From Nitrosococcus oceani ATCC 19707 (GTDB taxonomy: Bacteria > Pseudomonadota > Gammaproteobacteria > Nitrosococcales > Nitrosococcaceae), in contig NC_007484.1 in assembly GCF_000012805.1 (NCBI RefSeq), positions 210,001 through 242,000 of the forward strand: a stretch of 32,000 nucleotides of DNA, read 5' to 3'. How positions within the stretch are numbered: the first letter of the stretch is position 1; every line of letters begins with the position of its first letter. Of the stretch, positions 16,949 to 26,658 are shown in pieces. The notes beneath the pieces are model-generated. The model made no database searches. It was not told where the DNA came from and saw only the letters and a list, made by a program, of their open reading frames with translations. The position numbers and the translations under genes are program-made.

Positions 16949-18220
16949 TTAATTTTTTTTGATGAGCAATGCTGTAAGATCATCAGCTTGGGGAACTCCT
17001 TGAGTATATGCGAGGAGTTCACTGTAGATCTGTTGAATGATATTAGCTGCGGGAAGCGTTGGGTAGTTTTTGACAATTTTGCAAATCCGCTCTACTCCAA
17101 ACGGTTTCCCCTCTGGGTTTACCCACTCAAAAAAACCATCGGTAAATGTAATAAGCATATCTCCTTGATTGAAGCATAGCCGATCCCATCCTTCATAAGT
17201 GATATTAGGAATTATTCCAATGGGCGGGCCATGGGTGGGCAATTTTTGTATTTGGTTATCTTTTGCTTGAAATAATAAAATTGGGCCATGCCCTGCGGAA
17301 GTAAAAACGAGTTCTTGGTTATGGGGCGACAACAAAGCAAAAAATACTGTTACAAATCTGTCATCTGGAATATCTTCTGATAACAAACGATTGACGAGCG
17401 TAGCAACCTGTTGAATTTCCGGCAGGAAAGCAAAAGCCGCTCTTTGCAGTGCGTGGCATTGCGCGGCAACTAGCGCAGGGCCGATACCATGCCCCGTTAC
17501 ATCGGCGATAGTTAACATTAAGCGGCCGTCAATTAATTGGTGATAATCAAAAAAATCACCTCCAGTTTCTTCTGCCGGCTGATTCCAAGCAGCAATATCA
17601 AAGCCCTCCACTGCTGGTGGTTGCTTAGGTAGAAGATGTTGTTGGATCTGCCGGGCAATATTTATATCATGCTGAAGCCTTTGTTTTTCTACGAATTGTT
17701 CCAGAAGAAATTGCCTTTCCAAGGCCACTCCGCATTGTGCGCTCAAGGTTCTAAGTAATATCTCATCCCATTGATTAAATTCTCCGCTGCATTTATTCAG
17801 TATTTGTAATACCCCGATTGGAGTTTGATCATGGGTGGTCAGTGGACAAGAAAGTATATTATGCGTTTTAAATTTAGTTTCATCATCAACAGCGGGATTG
17901 AACCGAGGATCTTTATAGGCATCGGAGACTTTTATGATGTGGTTATTATGGAAACACTCTCCTGCAATTCCTTGCCTAGCTGGAAAGCGAATTTTTTCTG
18001 GCCGGGAAGCTACGTAGCTATATAATTCATTGGAGTCATGATCAAAGACAAATACGGTGGCTCGCTCGCAGGCGAAAATCTTTAATGCCGCGTGCTCAAT
18101 TTGAGCTAGTAGTTTTTGTAGATCCGTGATGATTGCGAGCTGTCGGGAAATTTCTAGCAAGCGCAGCAAGTCTGTAGCTGGAATATCGTTTCGTTTCCCC
18201 TCTAGTAGAGAAGTATTCAC
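16949..18220 (-). CDS. GAF-domain sensor fused to a SpoIIE/PP2C-type serine phosphatase (RsbU-like)
   Basis: 423 aa with a GTG start. N-terminal GAF-like region (LLEISRQLAIITDLQKLL...ERATVFVFDHDSNELYS...GIAGECF). C-terminal PP2C/SpoIIE motifs GGDFFDY, ADVTGHGIGPALVAAQ, FTDGFFE and DDLTALL. Confidence 0.85.
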   Translation of the reverse strand: MNTSLLEGKRNDIPATDLLRLLEISRQLAIITDLQKLLAQIEHAALKIFACERATVFVFDHDSNELYSYVASRPEKIRFPARQGIAGECFHNNHIIKVSDAYKDPRFNPAVDDETKFKTHNILSCPLTTHDQTPIGVLQILNKCSGEFNQWDEILLRTLSAQCGVALERQFLLEQFVEKQRLQHDINIARQIQQHLLPKQPPAVEGFDIAAWNQPAEETGGDFFDYHQLIDGRLMLTIADVTGHGIGPALVAAQCHALQRAAFAFLPEIQQVATLVNRLLSEDIPDDRFVTVFFALLSPHNQELVFTSAGHGPILLFQAKDNQIQKLPTHGPPIGIIPNITYEGWDRLCFNQGDMLITFTDGFFEWVNPEGKPFGVERICKIVKNYPTLPAANIIQQIYSELLAYTQGVPQADDLTALLIKKN

Positions 18221-18654
18221 AATGACGGGAATAGCTCCATTTTTTAGGACAATCAGTATTATACTTTGGCCTCTTTCAGGGGCCGCTAGTTGAGCCCTGC
18301 CGTTGAGATATTAATTAGCAGTGAAAAGATATATATGATTTTTTTCTTTTGTGAAAAATATTACCTCTTTCTGCCCAACGGCATATAAAAATAATAATAT
18401 ATGATATTTTGTATAGACTATTAGAAGAGGCATTTGTAAGGGTAGCTTTTTTAGAAAATAAGCACAGCAGAAACGTTACTTGAACAAGCCATCTCCCTTA
18501 AGGAAAGTTTTTGAGGGGCGGTTGGAGAAGATGGAAAGGCTATTGAGCTCTATGGGCGTTAGCGGAGAATGCTCTAAAGAAATAGGCAGATCGGGGGTTA
18601 TGATAGCTGTTGAGTCGCGTTGGCCGAATAATTTGATCAGTGTGTCTATAAGTA

Positions 18655-20709
18655 ATGAATAAGCGAGAAATTGATCCTGCCCGTGCCGAATTGGAGTTAG
18701 AGCGCGAGTTGACTAAAGAAAAATCTGTCGAACAATCATTACCCCAGCAGATCGTTAGTCTGAAAGAACGCTTATTCCAACAGGCAGTTGAGTTGAAGAA
18801 GGTCAAGGCAACTCTTAAAGAAAGCGAAGAACGCTTTAACCAGGTTGCCGCCATGACGGGGGAGTGGATCTGGGAGCAGGATGATAAGGGCCACTATACT
18901 TATAGCAGTATCAGTGTGGATGCTGTTCTAGGTTATCCTTGGCAGGCGCTGATCGGACGCTGTTACGATGAATTTATCCCCATCGAGGAGCAGGAGAAAC
19001 TACGCTCAAAAATGCGCCAAGGTGTTGAGACAGGACAAGGTTTTCAGCATTTAATTCGCCGCTACCGACATCGGGATGGCCATCTTGTTTTTACCGAATC
19101 AACGGCAATGCCTGTCTTTGATGAGCAAAATAGTTTGCTCAAATGGCGTGGCATTGATCGGGATATCACTGCCACCCGGCGGGCCGATGAGCTGGTATTC
19201 ATGCTCTCCCGGGCGTTGGAACAAAGCCCCAATGCCATCCTGATTACTGATCTTAAGGGTAATATCGAATACGTAAATACCTCTTTTACGCGATTAACGG
19301 GTTACGAGGCCAAGGAAGTAATCGGTAAAAATCCGAGCCTGCTACAGTCCGGGAAAACCCCTCTTGAGCAATACCGGCGATTATGGGAAACCATTCGCGC
19401 GGGTCGTGAATGGCGGGATGAAATTCAGGATCGGAAAAAAAGTGGCGAACTCTATTGGGCCTTGGAGACAATTACGGCACTTCGTGACGGAGAGGGCAAC
19501 CCTACCCATTTTTTGGCGATTCAGGAAGACATTACCGAGCGGAAGCGGGTTGAGGCGGCCTTGCGGGAGAGTGAGGCCCAAACCAGGTTAATCATCGAGA
19601 ATGCCTTGGATGCCATTGTTCTGATCAGTGCCAACGATTCAATCACCGATTGGAATCCTCAGGCTGAAAAAATTTTTGGCTGGAAGCGCGAGGAAGTATT
19701 GGGATTGTCATTAGCGGAAACCATCATTCCTCCCCGCCACCGGGAAGCCCACTGGCAGGGGTTGCGGCGATTTTTAAACACAGGCAAGGGGCCCATTTTG
19801 GGTAAGCGGGTTGAATTGAGCGCCTTGCATCGAGATGGGCATGAGTTTCCGGTTGAGTTGACTGTGCTGCCTCTAAAAGTAAGGAATAGCTATGTATTCA
19901 GTGGCTTCCTGCGCGATCTTACCCAGCAAAAAGAAACGGAAGAAGCCATTCGGCAAGCGCGCGTGAAGTTGGCAGTAGCCCAAAATGAAATGCGGATCGC
20001 CCAACAGATCCAAGAATCATTATTTCCTCCCGCCCCGCTGGTGCTGCCGACGGTAAAAATTATGGGCTACTGTCTCCCTGCCACCCATGTGGGTGGGGAT
20101 TATTTTGACTACTTTCAGTGGCGGGATAAAACCATTGACATTGTGATTGCCGATGTCTCGGGGCATTCTGTAGGGCCGGCGTTATTGATGGCTGAGGCGC
20201 GGAGTGCATTAAAGTCGCAATTTCATTTACATAGAACGGTGGTGGAGACGCTATCTAGTCTCAATGAGACGCTCTACGAAGATTTGGACCGGGCCGATCT
20301 CTTCATCACCCTCTGTTATTTGCGTTACGATATGGTGACGCGCCAATTAACCTATGCTAATGCTGGCCACCTTCCGCCGTTGTTATTTCGTCAAGGGCAG
20401 CGCTGCAGGCAACTGGATGCGGATGGGCTGGTGCTCGGCGTGAATAGAGAGGTGATTTTCGAAACGCGTTCTGAGAGCTTGCAGCCGGGGGATATGCTTT
20501 TTCTCTACACCGATGGCATCATTGAAGCCGAGAATAAAAAAGGCGATTTTTTTGGAATTGAGCGCCTCTGTGATTTGCTTAATGAGCACCATCAAGCGGG
20601 ATCGGAGCCTCAGGAGATTATCACGAACATCATTGAACGGCTGCAAGCTTTTCGTCATAGAAAAACCTTTGAGGACGATGTCACCATGGTGGTGGTGAAA
20701 GTATTGTAA
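18655..20709 (+). CDS. Coiled-coil plus three PAS/PAC domains fused to a SpoIIE/PP2C-type serine phosphatase
   Basis: 684 aa. Three PAS/PAC units, each ending in a D-I-T/L-T-x-x-K/R boundary (IDRDITATRR, IQEDITERKR, LRDLTQQKE). C-terminal PP2C motifs GGDYFDYF, ADVSGHSVGPALLMA, YTDGIIEAEN and DDVTMVVV. No obvious Shine-Dalgarno before the ATG. Confidence 0.85.
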   Translation: MNKREIDPARAELELERELTKEKSVEQSLPQQIVSLKERLFQQAVELKKVKATLKESEERFNQVAAMTGEWIWEQDDKGHYTYSSISVDAVLGYPWQALIGRCYDEFIPIEEQEKLRSKMRQGVETGQGFQHLIRRYRHRDGHLVFTESTAMPVFDEQNSLLKWRGIDRDITATRRADELVFMLSRALEQSPNAILITDLKGNIEYVNTSFTRLTGYEAKEVIGKNPSLLQSGKTPLEQYRRLWETIRAGREWRDEIQDRKKSGELYWALETITALRDGEGNPTHFLAIQEDITERKRVEAALRESEAQTRLIIENALDAIVLISANDSITDWNPQAEKIFGWKREEVLGLSLAETIIPPRHREAHWQGLRRFLNTGKGPILGKRVELSALHRDGHEFPVELTVLPLKVRNSYVFSGFLRDLTQQKETEEAIRQARVKLAVAQNEMRIAQQIQESLFPPAPLVLPTVKIMGYCLPATHVGGDYFDYFQWRDKTIDIVIADVSGHSVGPALLMAEARSALKSQFHLHRTVVETLSSLNETLYEDLDRADLFITLCYLRYDMVTRQLTYANAGHLPPLLFRQGQRCRQLDADGLVLGVNREVIFETRSESLQPGDMLFLYTDGIIEAENKKGDFFGIERLCDLLNEHHQAGSEPQEIITNIIERLQAFRHRKTFEDDVTMVVVKVL

Positions 20710-20781
20710 GTAGTCGTTTTTACTAGGAACTCCGTTTGGTAAGGTTTAGAAAATATTTTAGCTTTATATATTGGGGTCGAG

Positions 20782-22821
20782 ATGAGTAATCCACTTCTTG
20801 AATTTGCGGGCCTACCTCCATTTTCGAAAATTCAGCCAGCCCATGTGGAGCCTGCGATTGATTGTCTGCTGGCAGAAGGGCGGGCCTTGATTGAACAACT
20901 GCTTACTCGCCATACTGTCTACACTTGGGATAATCTAGCTCAGCCGCTAGAAGACTTGCGGGAGCATCTTGACCGAGTGTGGTCTCCTGTGTCCCATATG
21001 AATGCGGTGGTTAATAGCGATGGATTACGGCGGGCTTACAATGCCTGTTTGCCTAAACTTAGCGAGTTTGCCACTGAACTCGGGCAAAACGAAAACTTGT
21101 ACCGGGCCTTTCAATCGATTGCTGAAGGCGACGAGTATCCGAGCCTGAATGTTCCCCAGAAAAAAATTATTGTCAATGCCCTGCGCGATTTTCGGCTTTC
21201 AGGAGTGACTCTGCCATCGGAAAAGAAAGCTCGCTTTAAAGCCATCCAGCAGCAGTTAGCCAGTTTAAACGCCAAATTTGAGGAAAATCTGCTGGATTCG
21301 ACCCAAGCTTGGCGTAAGCACCTTGCGGATGAGACAATCCTGGCGGGACTACCCGAGGGAGCACGGGCCCAAGCGCGCCAAGCAGCGGAACAAGCGGGCC
21401 TGGAGGGTTGGTTGTTGACCTTGGAAGCACCTTCCTATGTTGCGGTCACGACCTACGCCGATGACCGGGAACTACGGGAAGAAATTTACACCGCCTTTGT
21501 CACTCGCGGTTCGGATCAGGGCCCCCATGGAGGGCGCTGGGATAATACTCAAGTCATGGAGGAAATCTTGGCCTTGCGCCATGAAGCGGCACAGTTGCTT
21601 GGTTTTGCCAATCATGCTGAATGCTCCCTAGCTACCAAAATGGCCGGAAATCCGCAGCAAGTATTAGATTTTCTTAATGATCTAGCCGTCCGCTCCAAAC
21701 GAGTGGCCGAGCAGGATTTAGCTGAGGTCCGATCCTTTGCCCAGGCACACTATGGTATTGAGGATCTCCAGGCGTGGGATGTGGCGTATTATGGAGAAAA
21801 ATTGCGGCAGCACAAATATGCCATTTCCCAGGAGGAACTCAAGCCTTATTTCCCCGTCTGGCGGGTGCTGGAAGGGCTATTTACTATCGTGAATCGACTC
21901 TATGGCCTGGAAATTCAGGAACGAAAGGATGTGGATACTTGGCATCCCCAGGTGCGTTTTTTCGATATTTTCGATGACAGTGGCGAACTGCGCGGGCAGT
22001 TCTATCTGGATCTCTATGCGCGCAGCAACAAGCGAGGGGGAGCATGGATGGCCGATTGTCTGTCCCGCAAGCGCCAGGGAAGTCAATTACAAATTCCAGT
22101 GGCCTATTTGACTTGTAACTTGACACCACCGGTAGATGATAAGCCAGCCCTGTTCACCCATAATGAGGTGATCACGTTGTTTCACGAGTTTGGCCACGGT
22201 TTACATCACTTGCTCACCAAAATTGATTATCCCAGCGTGGCGGGAATTAGCGGTGTGTTCTGGGATGCAGTGGAATTGCCTAGCCAGTTTATGGAGAATT
22301 GGTGCTGGCAACAAGAAGCGTTGGCCCTCATTGCCTGCCATTTTGAAACCCACGAACCTCTCCCGGAAAAATTATTTGAGCGCATGCTAGCGGCCAAGAA
22401 TTTCCTCTCGGGGATGATGATAGTGCGCCAGCTTGAGTTTGCCTTGTTCGATTTTCGCCTGCACTTGGAGTATGACCCCGCGAAGGGCGCCCGGGTTGAT
22501 GAGCTGCTGCAGGAGGCGCGAGAGCAGGTTGCCGTTGTCAAGCCGCCGTCCTTTAACCGTTTCGCCCATAGCTTCAGTCATATCTTCGCCGGTGGTTATG
22601 CCGCTGGTTACTATAGTTACAAGTGGGCCGAGGTGCTATCAGCAGATGCCTTTTCCCGGTTTGAGGAAGAAGGTATTTTTGATCGGCAGGCAGGCAGGGC
22701 TTTCATGAGCAGCATCTTGGAGCAGGGAGGCAGCCGTGATCCCCTGGAACTATTTATCGAATTTCGGGGCCGAGAGCCCGTCATTGACGCCTTGCTCCGC
22801 CACAGTGGCATTGCCGCCTGA
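20782..22821 (+). CDS. prlC: Oligopeptidase A (M3 family zinc metallopeptidase)
   Basis: 679 aa. Starts MSNPLL.F.GLPPFS.I.P.HVEPAI, HEFGH zinc site (LFHEFGHGLHH). Full-length collinear resemblance to PrlC/OpdA. Confidence 0.92.
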   Translation: MSNPLLEFAGLPPFSKIQPAHVEPAIDCLLAEGRALIEQLLTRHTVYTWDNLAQPLEDLREHLDRVWSPVSHMNAVVNSDGLRRAYNACLPKLSEFATELGQNENLYRAFQSIAEGDEYPSLNVPQKKIIVNALRDFRLSGVTLPSEKKARFKAIQQQLASLNAKFEENLLDSTQAWRKHLADETILAGLPEGARAQARQAAEQAGLEGWLLTLEAPSYVAVTTYADDRELREEIYTAFVTRGSDQGPHGGRWDNTQVMEEILALRHEAAQLLGFANHAECSLATKMAGNPQQVLDFLNDLAVRSKRVAEQDLAEVRSFAQAHYGIEDLQAWDVAYYGEKLRQHKYAISQEELKPYFPVWRVLEGLFTIVNRLYGLEIQERKDVDTWHPQVRFFDIFDDSGELRGQFYLDLYARSNKRGGAWMADCLSRKRQGSQLQIPVAYLTCNLTPPVDDKPALFTHNEVITLFHEFGHGLHHLLTKIDYPSVAGISGVFWDAVELPSQFMENWCWQQEALALIACHFETHEPLPEKLFERMLAAKNFLSGMMIVRQLEFALFDFRLHLEYDPAKGARVDELLQEAREQVAVVKPPSFNRFAHSFSHIFAGGYAAGYYSYKWAEVLSADAFSRFEEEGIFDRQAGRAFMSSILEQGGSRDPLELFIEFRGREPVIDALLRHSGIAA

Positions 22822-22824
22822 GCT

Positions 22825-23595
22825 TTGAAGTTGAAAATCGCGACTTGGAATGTCAATTCTTTACGGGTGCGTTTCTCCCAAGTGGTGGATTGGTTGGAAA
22901 TTCATCAGCCTGATGTTCTGGCGCTTCAGGAAACCAAGCTGGTGGATGATAGTTTTCCCCAGGAAGCCTTTAAGGAGATCGGCTATCATGCGGCTTATTC
23001 AGGCCAGAAAACCTATAACGGGGTCGCTATTCTCTGCCGCCAAGCGCCCAAGGATATCTTGACCGATCTCCCTAATCTAGTAGATTCTCAGCGACGCATT
23101 CTAGGAGTGACAGTGGACGATATTCGCTTGCTGAATCTCTATGTTCCCAACGGCAGTGAAGTGGGATCAAAAAAATATGCCTATAAATTAGACTGGTTGG
23201 GACGAATAAAAGATTATTTACAGGAAGCTTTGGTTGAGTACCCCAAACTCATTGTCTTAGGTGATTTTAATGTGGCTCCAGCGGACCAGGATGTCCACGA
23301 TCCCGACATTTGGCACGAGACCATCCTTTGTAGTACTCCGGAGCGGGAAGCGCTCAAAGAAATTCTCGCTTTGGGATTTCAGGATAGCTTTCGTTTGTTT
23401 GAGCAGGAAGCACAGTCCTTTAGTTGGTGGGATTATCGAGGAGGAGCTTTCCGTCGTAATAGGGGATTACGTATCGATCTTATTTTAATTAGTAAAGCGT
23501 TAGTGCCTAAGTGTACGGGATGTGTTATTGATAAAGAACCCCGCCGTTTGACGCGTCCCTCTGATCATGCTCCTGTCATTGCAACTTTTGCTTAG
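22825..23595 (+). CDS. xthA: Exodeoxyribonuclease III (AP endonuclease)
   Basis: 256 aa with the motifs KIATWNVNSLR, PDVLALQETK, LGDFNVAP, WWDYR and SDHAPV. The start is a TTG at 22825 or 22831, with no ATG available. It lies 3 nt after the prlC stop. Confidence 0.9.
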   Translation: MKLKIATWNVNSLRVRFSQVVDWLEIHQPDVLALQETKLVDDSFPQEAFKEIGYHAAYSGQKTYNGVAILCRQAPKDILTDLPNLVDSQRRILGVTVDDIRLLNLYVPNGSEVGSKKYAYKLDWLGRIKDYLQEALVEYPKLIVLGDFNVAPADQDVHDPDIWHETILCSTPEREALKEILALGFQDSFRLFEQEAQSFSWWDYRGGAFRRNRGLRIDLILISKALVPKCTGCVIDKEPRRLTRPSDHAPVIATFA

Positions 23596-23631
23596 CATAA
23601 CTAGCGAATTCATTTTAGCTATTGTCTTCCC

Positions 23632-25110
23632 GTGGGTGCCCAAAATCAAAGCGAATTAGGCGCGGAGTTAAAAACATGGGTGCATCGTCTTTGTCAAAAA
23701 AACTTTGGCGGAGCAGGCGAGCTGCTTCGGGAGGCGGCGGAAGGAAAGGCGAAACAGCTCGCTAAAGTACGCAAGGAATTAGAACAGCTCACAGAAGAAA
23801 CTGTGAATAGTTTTCGACTTGCGGGCGATGCCCACAGCAATAATTATGCTTTTGACGAAGCTTTAATTGCTTATGAACAAGCACTGGCATGTGTGCTGAG
23901 AGAGATAACTCCTCATTTATGGGCGGTTATCATGGTTCAGGTGGGGAGAGCCTGCCATGAATTGGGCGTTCGGGCTGAAGGAGCGGCGTTGCATTATCAT
24001 TTATCGGCTGCGGTAGAGGCTTACCGGCGGGCTTTAAAGGTACAAACCCGGCGGTATTTACCCCAGGATTGGGCCCGAACCCAGGCGTATCTGGGGACTA
24101 CCTTACGGGAGCAGGGAGTCCGGATGGGAGAAGAGGCCGGAGGCCGGTTGCTGGAGCAGTCGGTAGAGGCTTACCGGCGGGCCTTAAAGGTACAAACCCG
24201 GTGGCATTTACCCCAAGACTGGGCCCGAACCCAGGCCCATTTGGGGACCACTTTGCGGGAGCAGGGAGTCCGGATGGGAGGAGAGGCCGGAGGCCGGTTG
24301 CTGGAGCAGTCGGTAGAGGCTTACCGGCAGGCGCTGGAGGTGCAAACCCGGCGAGATTTTCCCCAAGATTGGGCTTGGACCCAGAGCCACTTGGGGATTG
24401 CTTTGCGGGAACAGGGCATGCAGGCAGGAGGAGAAGCCGGGCGGCAGCTATTGGGGAAAGCGATAGCAGCTTATCAAGGGGCGTTGGAGATTCATACGCC
24501 TGAAACGCTTCCTTGGCATTGGAATCAAACTCAACATCATCTAATTCAAACCTGGCTTGCGCTCGAAGACTGGCCTGCAGCGGCCACGGGTTTTGTCCGC
24601 TTACTAGAAATCTATCCTGATGATGCAGAAGCCTATTACGGAGCTAGCATGCTTTACCATGAGAAGCTGTTTGCCTTTGAAGAGGCTTTTTCCCTTAGCC
24701 GGCGATGGTTCGCTTCTCGCCCCGAAGATCTAGAAGCCCGCGGCCAGTTGGCGGAGCAGTGTTTCACTACTGGACGTTTTGCCGAGGCTATTGAACATTT
24801 TGCAGAGTTGCTGGCCAACCCTGAGATTAATCCTCAAATAAAAATCCCTTTGCAGGCTTTTGAGATTGCAGCGCTGCTGGGTTTAAACCAAAAGGTGGCC
24901 GTTCCAGAAAAATTCGAGCAATTATGTATGGCCATTGCTCACCAGTCTGGGAACTTTGTACTGGAGTGGGCCTTTGCGGGGAGCAAATATTTTATTGCTC
25001 GAAATGAGCGTCTCATGCCTTACCGTGAATGGCTGCTAGCGTTATTCATCGCGCTAGAAGCGCCAGGCCGAGACGCTATTTTAAACCGCCTGGGAGAGGA
25101 TATACGGTAG
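23632..25110 (+). CDS. TPR-like repeat protein with about 50-aa internal repeats
   Basis: 492 aa with a GTG start. Repeated unit: VEAYRRALKVQTRxxLPQDWARTQAxLGTTLREQGVRMGxEAGGRLLEQS. The C-terminal half has more classical TPR-like helices. No catalytic motif recognised. Confidence 0.75.
   Translation: MGAQNQSELGAELKTWVHRLCQKNFGGAGELLREAAEGKAKQLAKVRKELEQLTEETVNSFRLAGDAHSNNYAFDEALIAYEQALACVLREITPHLWAVIMVQVGRACHELGVRAEGAALHYHLSAAVEAYRRALKVQTRRYLPQDWARTQAYLGTTLREQGVRMGEEAGGRLLEQSVEAYRRALKVQTRWHLPQDWARTQAHLGTTLREQGVRMGGEAGGRLLEQSVEAYRQALEVQTRRDFPQDWAWTQSHLGIALREQGMQAGGEAGRQLLGKAIAAYQGALEIHTPETLPWHWNQTQHHLIQTWLALEDWPAAATGFVRLLEIYPDDAEAYYGASMLYHEKLFAFEEAFSLSRRWFASRPEDLEARGQLAEQCFTTGRFAEAIEHFAELLANPEINPQIKIPLQAFEIAALLGLNQKVAVPEKFEQLCMAIAHQSGNFVLEWAFAGSKYFIARNERLMPYREWLLALFIALEAPGRDAILNRLGEDIR
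24011..24560 (+). repeat. Tandem 150-bp coding repeats (3 well-conserved copies plus a diverged, partial 4th)
   Basis: The CGGTAGAGGCTTACCGGC unit start recurs at 24011, 24161 and 24311, and as CGATAGCAGCTTATCAAG at 24461. The period is exactly 150 bp (50 codons). I counted 12 differences in 150 nt between copies 1 and 2 (about 92% identity). The last 60 nt differ at one position. Confidence 0.9.
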
Positions 25111-25194
25111 GTTTTACTGACATAGTATGCGGCTCCTCTAAATACTTGTTATTAGTGGTGCCCCTTTGTAAATTCCCGGTTAAATTTTGTTGTC

Positions 25195-26658
25195 ATGAAA
25201 TATAAAGATCTGCGCGATTTTATTGCCAAGCTGGAAGCAGAAGGGGAACTGAAACGGATTACGGTGGAGGTAGACCCCTATTTAGAGATGACCGAAATCT
25301 GCGATCGGGTGCTCCATGCTGGAGGACCCGCTCTGTTATTTGAGCGCCCTAAGGGCGCGTCGATGCCGGTGCTGGGTAATTTGTTTGGCACTCCCCGGCG
25401 GGTGGCCCAGGGCATGGGAGAGGACTCCGTGGCTGCATTACGAGAAGTAGGCAAGCTCCTGGCTTTTCTTAAGGAGCCTGATCCGCCTCGGGGCATGAAA
25501 GAAGCCTGGCGGGCTTTACCTATTTTTAAAAAGGTGCTGGATATGGCACCCAAAATAGTGCGCTCTGCCCCCTGCCAAGAGGTCATTCTTGAAGGTTCCC
25601 AGGTAGATTTGAGCCAGATTCCTATCCAAACTTGTTGGCCCGGGGATATAGCGCCTTTGATTACCTGGGGTTTAGTGGTAACTAAAGGGCCTTATAAGGA
25701 GCGGCAGAACATGGGTATCTATCGCCAGCAAGTATTGGGACCTAACCGGGTCATTATGCGCTGGCTCGCTCACCGGGGCGGGGCGCTAGATTTTCAAGCC
25801 TGGCAGCAAGCTCATCCTGGTAAACCTTTTCCCATAGCGGTTGCTTTAGGGGCTGATCCGGCCACTATCCTTGGCGCCGTGACTCCGGTACCCGATACTT
25901 TGTCGGAATACGCTTTTGCGGGGCTGTTACGGGGGTCAAAAACCGAATTGACCCGTTGCCTTGGCAGTGGATTGCAGGTTCCCGCTAGCGCTGAAATCGT
26001 GTTAGAAGGCTACTTAAAACCCGGTGATGAAGCCAATGAAGGTCCCTTCGGGGACCATACGGGTTATTATAATGAAGTAGAAAAATTCCCCGTCTTTACG
26101 ATTGAACGCCTTACCCATCGGCGTCATCCTATTTACCATAGCACCTATACGGGGCGTCCCCCGGATGAGCCTGCGGTCCTGGGGGTAGCCCTGAATGAGG
26201 TGTTTATCCCTATTTTACAGAAACAATTTCCGGAAATCGTCGATTTTTATTTACCTCCCGAGGGCTGCTCTTACCGACTAGCTGTCGTGACCATGCGGAA
26301 GCAATATCCTGGACATGCAAAACGGGTGATGTTGGGCGTTTGGTCTTTCTTGCGGCAATTTATGTACACTAAATTCGTCATTGTCACGGATGAGGATATC
26401 AACGCCAGAGATTGGAAGGATGTCATTTGGGCCATGACGACCCGCATGGACCCAGCTCGGGATTGCGTCATTATTGAGAATACGCCCATTGATTATTTGG
26501 ATTTTGCTTCACCTGTTTCGGGTCTTGGTTCCAAGATTGGTTTTGATGTTACCCATAAATGGAAGGGCGAAACCCAGCGTGAGTGGGGCCAACCCATTAC
26601 CATGGATAACGCAGTTAAAAAGCGGGTTGATGAAATGTGGGATGGTATGGGCCTATGA
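25195..26658 (+). CDS. ubiD: 4-hydroxy-3-polyprenylbenzoate decarboxylase (UbiD)
   Basis: 487 aa. N-terminus [35 protein letters not shown], then ..GIYRQQV..., FGDHTGYY. Full-length UbiD-family layout. Confidence 0.93.
   Translation: MKYKDLRDFIAKLEAEGELKRITVEVDPYLEMTEICDRVLHAGGPALLFERPKGASMPVLGNLFGTPRRVAQGMGEDSVAALREVGKLLAFLKEPDPPRGMKEAWRALPIFKKVLDMAPKIVRSAPCQEVILEGSQVDLSQIPIQTCWPGDIAPLITWGLVVTKGPYKERQNMGIYRQQVLGPNRVIMRWLAHRGGALDFQAWQQAHPGKPFPIAVALGADPATILGAVTPVPDTLSEYAFAGLLRGSKTELTRCLGSGLQVPASAEIVLEGYLKPGDEANEGPFGDHTGYYNEVEKFPVFTIERLTHRRHPIYHSTYTGRPPDEPAVLGVALNEVFIPILQKQFPEIVDFYLPPEGCSYRLAVVTMRKQYPGHAKRVMLGVWSFLRQFMYTKFVIVTDEDINARDWKDVIWAMTTRMDPARDCVIIENTPIDYLDFASPVSGLGSKIGFDVTHKWKGETQREWGQPITMDNAVKKRVDEMWDGMGL

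Noticed and set aside
24069-24503. 144-aa alternative-frame ORF and a 60-aa minus-strand ORF within the TPR repeats
   Set aside because: They are open only because the repeated unit happens to lack stops in other frames. The translation is Gly/Arg/Pro low complexity.
24011-24560. Regularly spaced repeats as a CRISPR array
   Set aside because: The units are contiguous 150-bp coding repeats in one open frame with no unique spacers. There are no cas genes. This is a protein repeat.
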